A DNA stretch of 64,000 bases from Eledone cirrhosa (lineage: Eukaryota), in the NCBI GenBank assembly GCA_964016885.1, contig OZ024743.1:70866001-70930000 (forward strand), read 5' to 3'. Under the pieces are notes generated by a model. It did not search any database and was not told the origin of the DNA. It was given only the letters and a program-made list of their open reading frames with translations. The position numbers and the translations under genes are program-made. This document shows, piece after piece, positions 26,814-38,152 of the stretch (position 1 is the stretch's first letter; every line of letters begins with the position of its first letter).

Positions 26814-28564
26814 ACTAATCAGAGAGAGAATTGATCTAGATGAAATGCAGTTTGGGTTTGTGTCAGGCAAAAGTACCACAGACGCTCTTTTCATTGTACG
26901 ACAACTACAGGAGAAGTACCTAGCTAAAAGTAAACCCCTATACTTAGCTTTTGTCGACTTGGAGAAAGCCTTCGACAGAGTCCCCCGTTCCATTATCTGG
27001 TGGGCTCTTAGAAAACTAGGTGTTGATGAATGGCTTGTGAGAGCTATACAAGCCATGCATAAAGAAACAGTCAGCAAGGTTAGAATTAACAACGAATATA
27101 GTGAAGAGTTTAGCGTAAATGTTGGTGTTCATCAGGGCTCTGTTCTTAGCCCCCTACTATTTATTATTGCCCTTCAGGCTATAACAGTGGAGTTCAAGAC
27201 CGGCTGCCCATGGGAACTCCTATACGCAGATGATCTAACGCTCATAGCTGAATCAATGGCCGAGCTAGAGAAGAAATTCCAAACATGGAAGCACGGCCTA
27301 GAATCAAAAGGCCTTAAAATTAACCTGGCTAAGACTAAAGTTCTAGTTTGTAGGAAAGAAAATAAGGCGACGGTCCCTTCCGGGAAATGGCCATGCTCAG
27401 TGTGTAGGAAAGGCGTAGGTAAAAACTCGATTTTATGTCCCAAATGCAAAGTATGGGTGCATAAAAGATGTAGTGGGATCACAGGTAAGCTAACTAAGAA
27501 CATAGATTTTACATGTGGCCGGTGCTCTGGTGCAATAAGTAGCAGCAAGTGCCCACAAAATACTAGCTCTTTCAATTGCGCAGAGGGTTCTATAGAAATA
27601 GTGGACAGTTCCGTTACCTGGGTGACAAAATCAGCAGTGGGGGAGGGTGCTCTGAAAGTACAGTAGCTAGAGTCAGAACTGGATGGAAAACGTTCAGAGA
27701 GCTTATACCACTATTAGCCGCTAAAGGGTTCTCCCTAAAAATGAAAGACAGGTTGTATGATGCCTGCATACGAACAGCAATGTTGCATGGCAGTGAGACC
27801 TGGGCATTGTGTGCAGAGGATATACGCAGACTAGAGAGGAACGAAGCTTGCATGCTCCGCTGGATGTGTAATAGTAATATATGTGAACGGCAAAGCATAA
27901 ACGAACTAAGGAAAAATTAGAAATAAGAGGGATCAGATGTTGTTTACTTGAGAGAAGGCTATGTTGGTATGGTCACGTGATACGCATGAAAGATGACAGC
28001 TGTATAAAAAAGTGCAGGGCAATAAAGATAGATGGTAGCCACGGAGTAGGCAGACATAGAAAAACCTGGGACGACTTGATAAATTCCGACCTCACACACT
28101 TACACCTCTCCAAGACAATGTCACTGGACCGAGATCTTTGGCGGTACTCAGTAATAGAGAAGACCCGCCTTACCTAAATACAAAGTAAAACCTATTACAG
28201 TCAGTAGGCACCTCTAACAAAATACACTCCCGTCCCACCTCCCCCACCCCATCCACACCGCCCCTTTCAATGTAAAGTTATGTTGGTGCCACAACATCCA
28301 GGCTGAAACAAATGAGGTCATGTAGGTGTCACGACAAAAAAAAACACACTGTCCACGCTGTAATGTGGCCGTGTAGGTAACACGGTAAAAACCTCCCAGT
28401 TCCACACTGTAAATGTTGTTGGTGTTAGGAAGGGCATCCAGCTGTAGCAAACCTGCCAGACAGTCCTATGCGAGCAAGACAACCACTCTTGCCTCAAGTG
28501 GGAAAACTCCCATCCAAACCCATGCAAGCATGGAATATGGACGTTAAACGATGATGATGATGAT
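26814..28564 (+). mobile_element. 5'-truncated, frameshifted RTE LINE copy
   Basis: Colinear with 31727-33459. Contains RT YADD and the PHD finger, 1-nt deletions near 27609 and 27914, and a full 3'UTR with (GAT)n tail. Confidence 0.95.
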
Positions 28565-28886
28565 CATCATCATCATCATCATTCATCATCATCATTTCAT
28601 TTTACGTCCCCTTTTCCCTGCTTGCAAGGGTGGGACGGGAACTGATTCTGGCTTGATTTTTACAGCTGGATGCCCTTCCTAACACCAACCTCAATTATGT
28701 GAGTGCTGAGTGCTTTTTTGCCGTGGCACCTCCACAACCACTTTGCAGTGGAATGATAGGGACCCCAGTCCCTATCATCTCATTTCTAGAGCTGAGTAAA
28801 CTGGAGCAATGTGAAATAAAGTGTCTTGCTCAAGGAAACAACACATCACCCGGTCTGAGAATTGAACTCACAACCTTTTGATTGTA
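28565..28886 (-). mobile_element. SINE-A, tail-to-tail with the RTE
   Basis: Matches 10158-10552 with the 5' head truncated. The (GAT)n/(ATC)n tails abut at about 28564. Confidence 0.85.
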
Positions 28887-29397
28887 AGAAGAAGCTCGAT
28901 AAGGATAAATATATATCAAATATATAAGAACCCTAGAGTAAATCCCGAGCAACGTCGGGCCATTCTGCTAGTATATTCTAAATTAGGGTTTTGTTGGTCT
29001 AGGAGATAAATCACACTTACAAACATTTACAAAATCCAATATAGTTTGACTTAAGATTTTGGAAGACTGGTAGATAAGTCACACCTCCACTTTACATACA
29101 ATGCTTACAACATACTATATATTTTAAATTAGGGTTTTCTCAGTCCAGTAGATAAGTCACACTTTTACTTCATATATGATGTTTATGACCTACTATATAT
29201 TTTGAATTGAGATTTTGTAGGACAAGTTGAAAATCACACCTTATATTATAAATTAGAGGATTGTCTGCCACGGCTATAATACGGAATTGTCAGGCTTCCC
29301 CAAATCAAATCAGTCCTCTATTTTCTATGATCTATTTTCTATTCTCTGTTTGTATTCGAATTAATCCTGTTGTTGTATGGAACTAATTCTGCAATCA

Positions 29398-29470
29398 ACA
29401 CCTGATGAAATCATCTAAGTCTTGCATCAAGATCGGATGATAAAACTTGGCCATCGAAATATGTATAGTG
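29398..29470 (+). ncRNA. Hammerhead-like motif with enlarged stem II region
   Basis: CAC-CTGATGA-[47 nt including an ATCATCT..GGATGAT hairpin]-GAA-ATATGTAT-A-GTG. Same stem III as 59248-59312. Confidence 0.5.
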
Positions 29471-29565
29471 CCTTTGAGTGATTAAAATTCTAAAGTAAAT
29501 CTCCTGTCTGGCATTTTATTGCTGTTTTTAATGTATATATATAGTAATAATGGTTTCTTATATAG

Positions 29566-29745
29566 GCACAAGGCCACCAATTTGGGGGGAGGGGGAAGTC
29601 GATTAAATCGACCCCAGTGCGTGACTGGTACTTTATTTTATCGACCCCGTAAGGATGAAAGGCAAAGTTAACCTCGGCAGGATTTGAACTCTATGCTGCA
29701 AAGCATAGCGTCCGACGCTATAATGATACTGCCAATTCACTGCCC
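29566..29745 (-). mobile_element. SINE-B
   Basis: Reverse complement of the SINE-B consensus with an internal deletion. Confidence 0.8.
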
Positions 29746-29904
29746 TTTATATATAGTAATAATAATAATAATAATAATAAATGTGAAGACTAAAATCCAA
29801 AGAGGGCTCGATAAGGATAAATATATATCAAATATATAAGAACTCTACAGCAAATAAGAACCCTAGAGCTATTCATTGCTTAAACTTTAATCTGTTATTT
29901 AATT

Positions 29905-32900
29905 TATACACCTCAAGTCAAATTCACCTATTCAAGTCAAATTCACCTCGTGGACGAGAATGCGAGCACTCCTCTTTGTTTCGTCCGCGGATGGCTAACA
30001 TAACCCTATCTCCTCCCGCCCCCCACCACCCCCACCCTCCAAACGCAACCCAAAACTTCAGAGTTGGTACCATAAATGTAGGCACCCTAAAGGGTCGCGC
30101 TAACGAGGTTGTAGAAATGCTTGAACGTAAGGAGGTCGATGTTTGTTGTATTCAAGAGACCAGGTGGAGGGGTGGGTCTGCTAGATTCATTGAGGGTAAA
30201 AAACGATGTTATAAGCTTTTCTGGGTGGGAAACGACGATGGGCTGGGTGGAGTAGGAATCATGGTAGCAGAAAAGTGGGCAGATAAGATAATAGACGTAA
30301 ATAGAGTGAACGACAGAATAATTAAAATAAGACTTGTCCTCAATAGAACTACGGTGACAGTAATATCTGCGTACGCACCCCAATCCGGACTGCCCGGCAC
30401 TATAAAAGACAGATTCTATGAGACACTGTTGCTAACTACCTCCCAAATATCTGACAGTGACTATATAATTATTGCAGGCGACCTAAATGGTCACGTTGGA
30501 CAACATTGTGACGGCTATGACGAAATCCATGGAGGCTATGGGTTTGGTACTAGAAATGAGGAAGGCTCCAGAATTCTGGAATACTGTGATGCAAATAACC
30601 TAACTATCTGTAACACTAACTTCAAAAAACGTGACAATCACCTGATTACCTATAGATCCGGGGAACACACAAGCCAGGTAGATTATATCCTTACCAGAAG
30701 ACGTGACAGAGTGTCTGTTGTAAACACTAAATCCCTCCCCCATGAAGAATGCACCTCCCAACATAGACTGATAATTAGCGACCTCATAGTCAGGACGAGA
30801 CGCACCCGACAGCAGAAGAGGACTATCCTCAGGAGGAAAATATGGAAACTAAAGGACCCCACAGCCAGAAATAAATTTCAAAGCATATTACTTGATGCTT
30901 TCGACAGTAAGGAAGAGCATCTAGAATCGGACAATATAGAGGGACAGTGGAAATTTCTGAAAGCAAACCTGCTGTTGGCGACAGACGAAGTCTGTGGCTG
31001 GAGCAGGCCTGTAGGCAGGAGGAGAGTAACATGGTGGTGGAACAATAGGGTGGAGGGGTCAATTAAGGCCAAAAAGCAGGCTTGGAAAGTATGGCGGGAT
31101 GGGGGAAGTAGAGTAGACTATCAAGTGGCCAGGAGGGAAGCTAGGAGAGAAGTGTACTTAGCAAGAAGGGAAGCTGAGGAAAGAAAGTTCAAGCATGTTC
31201 TACAACGCGATGACCAAAAACGTGAGGTGTTCAGGATTGCCAGGCAATGCGTCAAGGAAAACCGTGATATTGTCGGGGAGAAGTGTGTACTTAACGATGA
31301 TGGCATACTTGCCATCACCGACACTGATAAGAAGGTAGCTTGGAAGTCTCACTATGAAAGGCTACTAAATGAGGAGAATAAATGGGAGAAAGACAGTCTC
31401 CCCCTTATCGACCCGATAGAGGGACCAGCAGTGTTAGTCGAGGGGAGTATAATAAGTAAGGCAATCAAGGATATGAAGACTGGTAAGGCGGCTGGGCCTT
31501 CGGAAATAGTTGCTGAGATGCTGAAGGCATCTGGCACGGTGGGACACAACATGGTCACCCGCATAGTTAACCAAGTCGTACAGAATGGGGTTGTTCCGAA
31601 GGACTGGCATAGCAGCATCATCGTTAACTGTTATAAGGGTAAAGGAGACGCCCTAGATAGGAGTAACTATAGAGGCATTAAATTAATCGACCAGGTCATG
31701 AAGGTCACGGAAAAAGTAATAGCGCAACTAATCAGAGAGAGAATTGATCTAGATGAAATGCAGTTCGGGTTTGTGTCAGGCAAAAGCACCACAGACGCTC
31801 TTTTCATAGTACGACAACTACAGGAGAAGTACCTAGCTAAAGGTAAACCCCTCTACTTAGCTTTTGTCGACCTGGAGAAAGCCTTCGACAGAGTCCCCCG
31901 CTCCATTATCTGGTGGGCTCTTAGAAAACTAGGCGTTGACGAATGGCTTGTGAGGGCTATACAAGCCATGTATAAAGAAACAGTCAGCAAGGTTAGAATT
32001 AACAACGAATATAGTGAAGAGTTTAGCGTAAAAGTTGGCGTCCATCAGGGCTCTGTTCTCAGCCCCCTACTATTTATTATTGCCCTTCAGGCTATAACAG
32101 AGGAGTTCAAGACAGGCTGCCCATGGGAACTCCTATACGCAGACGACCTGACACTCATAGCGGAATCAATGGCCGAGCTAGAGAAGAAATTCCAAACATG
32201 GAAGCACGGCCTAGAGTCAAAAGGACTTAAAATTAACCTGGCTAAGACCAAAGTTCTAGTTTGTAGGAAAGAAAACAAGGCGGCGGTCCCTTCTGGGAAA
32301 TGGTCGTGCTCGGTATGTAGGAAAGGCGTAGGTAGAAACTCCATCTTATGTCCTAAATGCAAAGTATGGGTGCATAAAAGATGTAGTGGGATCACAGGTA
32401 AGCTAACTAAGAACATAGACTTTACATGTGGCCGGTGTTCTGGTGCAATAAGTAGCAGCAAGTGCCCACAAAATACTAGCTCTTTCAATTGCGCAGAGGG
32501 TTCTATAGAAATAGTGGACAGCTTCCGTTACCTGGGCGATAAAATCAGCAGTGGGGGAGGGTGCTCTGAAAGTACTGTAGCTAGAGTCAGAACTGGTTGG
32601 AAAAAGTTCAGAGAGCTTATACCACTATTAGCTGCTAAAGGGTTCTCCCTAAAAATGAAAGGCAGGTTGTACGATGCCTGCATACGAACAGCAATGTTGC
32701 ATGGTAGTGAGACCTGGGCATTGTGTGCAGAGGATATACGCAGACTAGAGAGGAACGAAGCTTGCATGCTCCGCTGGATGTGTAACAGTAATATACGTGA
32801 ACGGCAAAGCATAAACGAACTAAGGAAAAAATTAGAGATAAGAGGGATCAGATGTTGTTTACTCGAGAGAAGGCTGCGTTGGTATGGACACGTGATGCGC

Positions 32901-33459
32901 ATGAAAGTCGATAGCTGTATTACAAAGTGCAGGGCAATAAAGATAGACGGTAGCCACGGAATAGGCAGACCTAGAAAAACATGGGATGAGCTGATAAACT
33001 CCGACCTCACACACTTACACCTCTCCAAGACAATGTCACTGGACCGTGACCTTTGGCGGTACTCAGTAACAGAGAAGACCCGCCTTGCCAGTAGGCATAT
33101 CTAACAAAATACACCCCTCCCGCCGCCACCCCCACCCCATCCACACCACCCCGTTCTATGTAAAGTTATGTTGGTGCCGCGCCATCCAGGCCGAAACAAA
33201 TGAGATCGTGTAGGTGTCACGACAAAAAAACACACAGTCCACGCTGTAATGTGGCCGTGTAGGCAACACGGTAAAAACCTCCCAGACCCACACTGTAAAT
33301 GTGGTTGGTGTTAGGAAGGGCATCCAACTGTAGAAAACCTGCCAGACAGTCCTATGCGAGCAAGACAATCACTCTTGCCTCAAGTGGGACTACCCCCGTC
33401 CAAACCCATGCAAGCGTGGAACACGGACGTTAAACGTTGATGATGATGATGATGATGAT
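29905..33459 (+). mobile_element. Near full-length RTE-clade non-LTR retrotransposon
   Basis: Single APE+RT ORF, a 3'UTR of about 350 nt, and a GGACGTTAAACG(TGA)n tail followed by (AT)n. The 5' boundary is approximate. Confidence 0.93.
29991..33104 (+). CDS. RTE LINE polyprotein: AP endonuclease + reverse transcriptase with embedded PHD-type finger
   Basis: Uninterrupted ORF. APE motifs GTINV, CIQETRW, SAYAPQ, GDLNGHVG, QVDYIL, SQHR. RT motifs NYRGIKL, QFGF, DLEKAFD, GVHQGSVLSP, YADD, FRYLG. C4HC3 pattern at 32307-32438. Confidence 0.95.
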   Translation: MANITLSPPAPHHPHPPNATQNFRVGTINVGTLKGRANEVVEMLERKEVDVCCIQETRWRGGSARFIEGKKRCYKLFWVGNDDGLGGVGIMVAEKWADKIIDVNRVNDRIIKIRLVLNRTTVTVISAYAPQSGLPGTIKDRFYETLLLTTSQISDSDYIIIAGDLNGHVGQHCDGYDEIHGGYGFGTRNEEGSRILEYCDANNLTICNTNFKKRDNHLITYRSGEHTSQVDYILTRRRDRVSVVNTKSLPHEECTSQHRLIISDLIVRTRRTRQQKRTILRRKIWKLKDPTARNKFQSILLDAFDSKEEHLESDNIEGQWKFLKANLLLATDEVCGWSRPVGRRRVTWWWNNRVEGSIKAKKQAWKVWRDGGSRVDYQVARREARREVYLARREAEERKFKHVLQRDDQKREVFRIARQCVKENRDIVGEKCVLNDDGILAITDTDKKVAWKSHYERLLNEENKWEKDSLPLIDPIEGPAVLVEGSIISKAIKDMKTGKAAGPSEIVAEMLKASGTVGHNMVTRIVNQVVQNGVVPKDWHSSIIVNCYKGKGDALDRSNYRGIKLIDQVMKVTEKVIAQLIRERIDLDEMQFGFVSGKSTTDALFIVRQLQEKYLAKGKPLYLAFVDLEKAFDRVPRSIIWWALRKLGVDEWLVRAIQAMYKETVSKVRINNEYSEEFSVKVGVHQGSVLSPLLFIIALQAITEEFKTGCPWELLYADDLTLIAESMAELEKKFQTWKHGLESKGLKINLAKTKVLVCRKENKAAVPSGKWSCSVCRKGVGRNSILCPKCKVWVHKRCSGITGKLTKNIDFTCGRCSGAISSSKCPQNTSSFNCAEGSIEIVDSFRYLGDKISSGGGCSESTVARVRTGWKKFRELIPLLAAKGFSLKMKGRLYDACIRTAMLHGSETWALCAEDIRRLERNEACMLRWMCNSNIRERQSINELRKKLEIRGIRCCLLERRLRWYGHVMRMKVDSCITKCRAIKIDGSHGIGRPRKTWDELINSDLTHLHLSKTMSLDRDLWRYSVTEKTRLASRHI

Positions 33460-34170
33460 ATATATATATATATATATATCCGTGTGTTTTTGGCACCATT
33501 TAACAACCGGTGCTGTTTATATGTTTTGTAACATATTGATACAACGAATATAGACAAAAAAAAAAGAAGATATTGGGGCTGATATGATCGAATAAATCTT
33601 TGAGGTATTGCACCAGCATGGCCAGGTTCAATGAGTAAAACCAGTTATAGAATAAAAGATATATATGTATGTCTGTGAGCATGTACAGGTGTGTGTGTAT
33701 GCAGGTGTGTTGACAGCTGTGTATGTACATGATTGTGTGCCTATGTGTATGTGAGTTATTGAAAACAAAAAATGATGGTAAAAGTCAAGGGGAGGGAGTA
33801 GGTGGTCACAAAGGCAAGAGGCGATGTGTTATTTCCTCTGTTCTTCTATAAAGAGGAATTATTGATTTCTTCTTCTTCTTCTTGCCTCGTCTTTTGCCTC
33901 CTCACCATCCTCATCCACCTCACCACCCTCTTCCACATCACTGCCCTCTTCCACATCACCCTGCTCTTCCACCTCACTGCCCTCTTCCACCTTACCGTCC
34001 TCTCCTTCTCCGCCAAAACTGAGATTGCCAAAGTACCAAGGTGAAGTGTGGTTCCTTTGTATGGAAAGTAACATATTGATTTCCTCATTGTTCCATAGCA
34101 AGGAGTTTGCTTCCCATACACACACTTACACATATACATATATATACTCATTTGTATATATATATATACA

Positions 34171-34210
34171 TAAAATCATGAACGTAATGATGATGAAACA
34201 CACACATTCA

Positions 34211-34271
<61 letters not shown>

Positions 34272-34376
34272 GTATATGTATGTAAAGTGATGATAATGAT
34301 ACATACATAAATAAATATCAACATGTATATATATATATTCTATATATCATCATCTTCGTTTAACGTCCGTTTACCA

Positions 34377-34458
<82 letters not shown>

Positions 34459-34597
34459 CATGGTAAACGGACGTTAAACGATGATGATGATATATAGAAT
34501 ATATATATATACATGTTGATATTTATTTATTTATGTATGTATCATAATCACCACTTTACATACATATACATACATACATACATATATATATATAGAT

Positions 34598-34640
<43 letters not shown>

Positions 34641-34675
34641 TGTGTGTTTTATCATCATTACATTCCTGATTTTAA
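34171..34675. repeat. Long diverged inverted repeat (arms about 210 bp) centred on (AT)n
   Basis: 34171-34379 is the reverse complement of 34459-34675, including unique sequence and an RTE tail. Confidence 0.9.
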
Positions 34676-35537
34676 TGTTTGTCTTCCCATGAACGTGTCA
34701 TAACAGACCAAGTGAGCACCTAATTGGAGCTACTGTCCACAGAGATAGACAGTGTGTGGGGATGGCTGTGAGGCTGGGGGAGAGATAATGTTCTGCTTTT
34801 GGCTTAATTTCTACGGTTTGATGCCCTTTCTAATGCTAGCCACTTTAGGTGTGTGTGAGTTTGTGCATATATGTATAAATGTATATATATATATGTATGT
34901 TGTATGTATGTGTATCTATAAATATATATGTATATATATCATCATCATCATCATCGTTTAACGTCTATCTTCTAGCATGGGTTAGACGGGAATTGTCCCA
35001 CTTGAGGCAAAATTGGTCGGGTGACCGTGTCTTGCTCGTATATGACTGTCTGGCAGGTTTTCTACAGCTGGATGCCCTTCCTAACACCAACCACATTTAC
35101 AAATATGATGTATGTGTGTGTGTATATATAAATATATATACACACACACATATGCATACATAGGCATACACATTATATATTGTATGTGTGTGTATATGAA
35201 TGGGTTCTGCGTTACGTAATGCTACTATATAATAGATTCAGTGTTTTTTTTTATATTTTATTTTCTGAGTTCAAATCCCACCAAGGTCAACATTGCCTTT
35301 CATCATTTCAAGGCCGATAAAATAAGATACCAGTCAAATACTTGGGTTGACTTAATTAACTTTCACCTCTCTCAAATTGCTGGTCTTGTGTCTAAATTAC
35401 GAACCTTTATTATTATTAAAAATTATTTGCAGTATTTAGTCATGACTTTCTATGTTTGGAGTTCAAATCCCACCAAGTTCAACTTTCATTCTTTTACCAG
35501 CCTTCTGGCAATGCTAGAAAACATTATTATTATTATG

Positions 35538-36062
35538 GGGCGGTGGATTGGCAGTATCGGTAGAGGGTCGGACGCCATGCTAGGGTGGTGGATTGGCAAT
35601 ATCGGTAGAGGGTCGGACGCCATGCTAGGGTGGTGGATTGGCAGTATCGGTAGAGGGTCGGACACCATGCTAGGGTGGTGGATTGGCAGTATCGGTAGAG
35701 GGTCGGACGCCATGCTAGGGTGGTGGATTGGCAGTATCGGTAGAGGGTCGGACACCATGCTAGGGTGGTGGATTGGCAATATCGGTAGAGGGTCGGACGC
35801 CATGCTAGGGTGGTGGATTGGCAGTATCGGTAGAGGGTCAGACGCCATGCTAGGGTGGTGGATTGGCAATATCGGTAGAGGGTCGGACGCCATGCTAGGG
35901 TGGTGGATTGGCAGTATCGGTAGAGGGTCAGACGCCATGCTAGGGTGGTGGATTGGCAATATCGGTAGAGGGTCGGACACCATGCTAGGGCGGTAGATTG
36001 GCAATATCAGTAGAGGGTCGGACACCATGCTAGGGCGGTGGATTGGCAGTATTGGTAGAGGG
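35538..36062 (+). repeat. 45-bp tandem array of the SINE-B 5' head
   Basis: GGGTGGTGGATTGGCAGTATCGGTAGAGGGTCGGACGCCATGCTA, 11 copies plus a partial one, followed directly by the SINE-B tail (36062-36120). Confidence 0.95.
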
Positions 36063-36559
36063 ATAATTGCTGGCCTTGTGCCAAAAGTAGAAACAATTAT
36101 TATTATTATTGTTATTATTATTCCTCTCAACAGGTTTAGTTGCAATATTATGTAAAAAATAAAAAATTGTGTAATGTCCAAAAATCATTATTGCTTTTGT
36201 TGTTGTTGTTGCTGTTGTTACGTAGAGTGAGTGGGGTGGGGGGAGCACCCTTGACCTTTGGAAACACCAGACCCTACCTCTCTTGTATATTGTTGAAATC
36301 AATATAGTCTGGATGTTCAGCTTGATCATCTGAAGGTCAGTGTTGTCTCTAAGCCAGACAGTGGGGGGGGGGCTGAAGGGGTGTACGGAGAGGGGGAGAG
36401 GAAGAATGTAAGGAGGGAGAGAGAGAGATCAAGATGAAGAAGAGAGGGGATTCCAGTAGATTGTTGGAGTTCCTTGGAGTTGGCAGTAGTCAATACATGT
36501 ATACATACACACACACACACTTACACATACACACACATCACTGTCACACACACACATGT

Positions 36560-37835
36560 GTATCACACTTTCATAACTACAGATATACACACACTCCATA
36601 AACACACACATATGCACACACCATGTACACTTTCATAACTATATATGCACTCACACATACCATAAACATTTTTATAACCATACATACACACATACACATA
36701 CGCACATATACATACACACCACAAACACTTTCATAACCAAACACACACATGCTCACACCACAAACATTTTCATAACCAAACACACACATATACATACACA
36801 CCACAAACGCTTTCATAACCAAACACACACATATACATACACACCACAAACACTTTCATAACCAAACACACACATATGCTCACACAATGAACACTTTCAT
36901 AACCAAACACACACATATACTCACACCACAAACACTTTCATAACCAAACACACACATATACATACACACCACAAACACTTTCATAACCAAACACACACAT
37001 ATGCTCACACAATGAACACTTTCATAACCAAACACTCACATATACATACACACCACAAACACTCTCATAACCAAACACACACATATACATACACACCACA
37101 AACACTTTCATAACCAAACACACACATATGCTCATACCACAAACACTTTCATAACCAAACACACACATATGCTCACACCACAAACACTTTCATAACCAAA
37201 CACACACATATACATACACACCACAAACACTTTCATAACCAAACACACACATATACATACACACCACAAACACTTTCATAACCAAACACACACATATACA
37301 TACACACCACAAACACTTTCATAACCAAACACACACATATACATACACACCACAAACACTTTCATAACCAAACACACATATATGCTCACACAATGAACCC
37401 TTTTATAACCAAACACACACAAATACATACACACCACAAACACTTTCATAACCAAACACACACACATGCTCACACCACAAACACTTTCATAACCAAACAC
37501 ACACATATGCTCACACAATGAACACTTTCATAACCAAACACACACATATGCTCACACCACAAACACTTTCATAACCAAACACACATATGCTCACACAATG
37601 AACACTTTTATAACTATATATATACCTACACAAAAATACCATAAACATTTTTATAACCACATACATACACACATATCAAACCCTGTCATAATCATACACA
37701 CACACACACACACACCACAAACACTTTCATAACCAAACACACACATATGCTCACACAATGAACACTTTCATATATGTACACACAGATACCGTAAACATTT
37801 TTATAACCATATACACACACATATCAAACCCTGTC
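36560..37835. repeat. CA-rich minisatellite of about 40 bp
   Basis: CACCACAAACACTTTCATAACCAAACACACACATAT.. repeated many times. Confidence 0.9.
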
Positions 37836-37938
37836 CACACATACCAAAATCACTGGAAGGTAATATCCGTAGTGGTAGAACACCCAGTCCAAGGGACGAG
37901 TTAGGTAGAAGTGGTTACACAACAGTTAGTTCACCATA

Positions 37939-37978
37939 CCGAGAACAATTGTTTCACCTTAGCGGATCTTCAGCTTGG
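37939..37978 (-). ncRNA. Minimal type I hammerhead ribozyme of the Penelope 3' region
   Basis: Minus strand CCAAG-CTGAAGA-TCCGCTAAGGT-GAA-ACAATTGT-T-CTCGG. The palindromic stem III is typical of dimeric Penelope hammerheads. Confidence 0.75.
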
Positions 37979-38152
37979 AATGTGTATGGTTATAGGAACA
38001 GGAAGGACAACCATACGAACGCGCATGCGCAGAAACTCGGTCACTTCACACAGGCAATACTAGACTGTGTGCGAGAGGTGTAAGGGAGATAACTGCGAAA
38101 GTCCGGAAAGTTTTTAGGTTGAAAATAAAATTAAAAATAAAATTACAAAGAA

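Larger units (their letters stand above)
26306..28971 (+). mobile_element. Non-autonomous Helitron containing a nested RTE and SINE
   Basis: 5' end A|TCTATATTACTAAAA and 3' hairpin CCCGAGCAACGTCGGG followed by CTAG|T. The rejoined flanks (ACAACATACTA+TATATTCTAAATTAGGGTTTT) restore the local tandem repeat unit seen at 29107-29138. Confidence 0.85.

Noticed and set aside
27174-33028. Antisense ORFs over the RTE copies
   Set aside because: Shadow frames of the RT ORF with no recognisable motifs.
35241-36181. 251-aa and 231-aa ORFs with 15-aa repeats, or a CRISPR
   Set aside because: These are translations of the 45-bp SINE-head array, which has no spacers.
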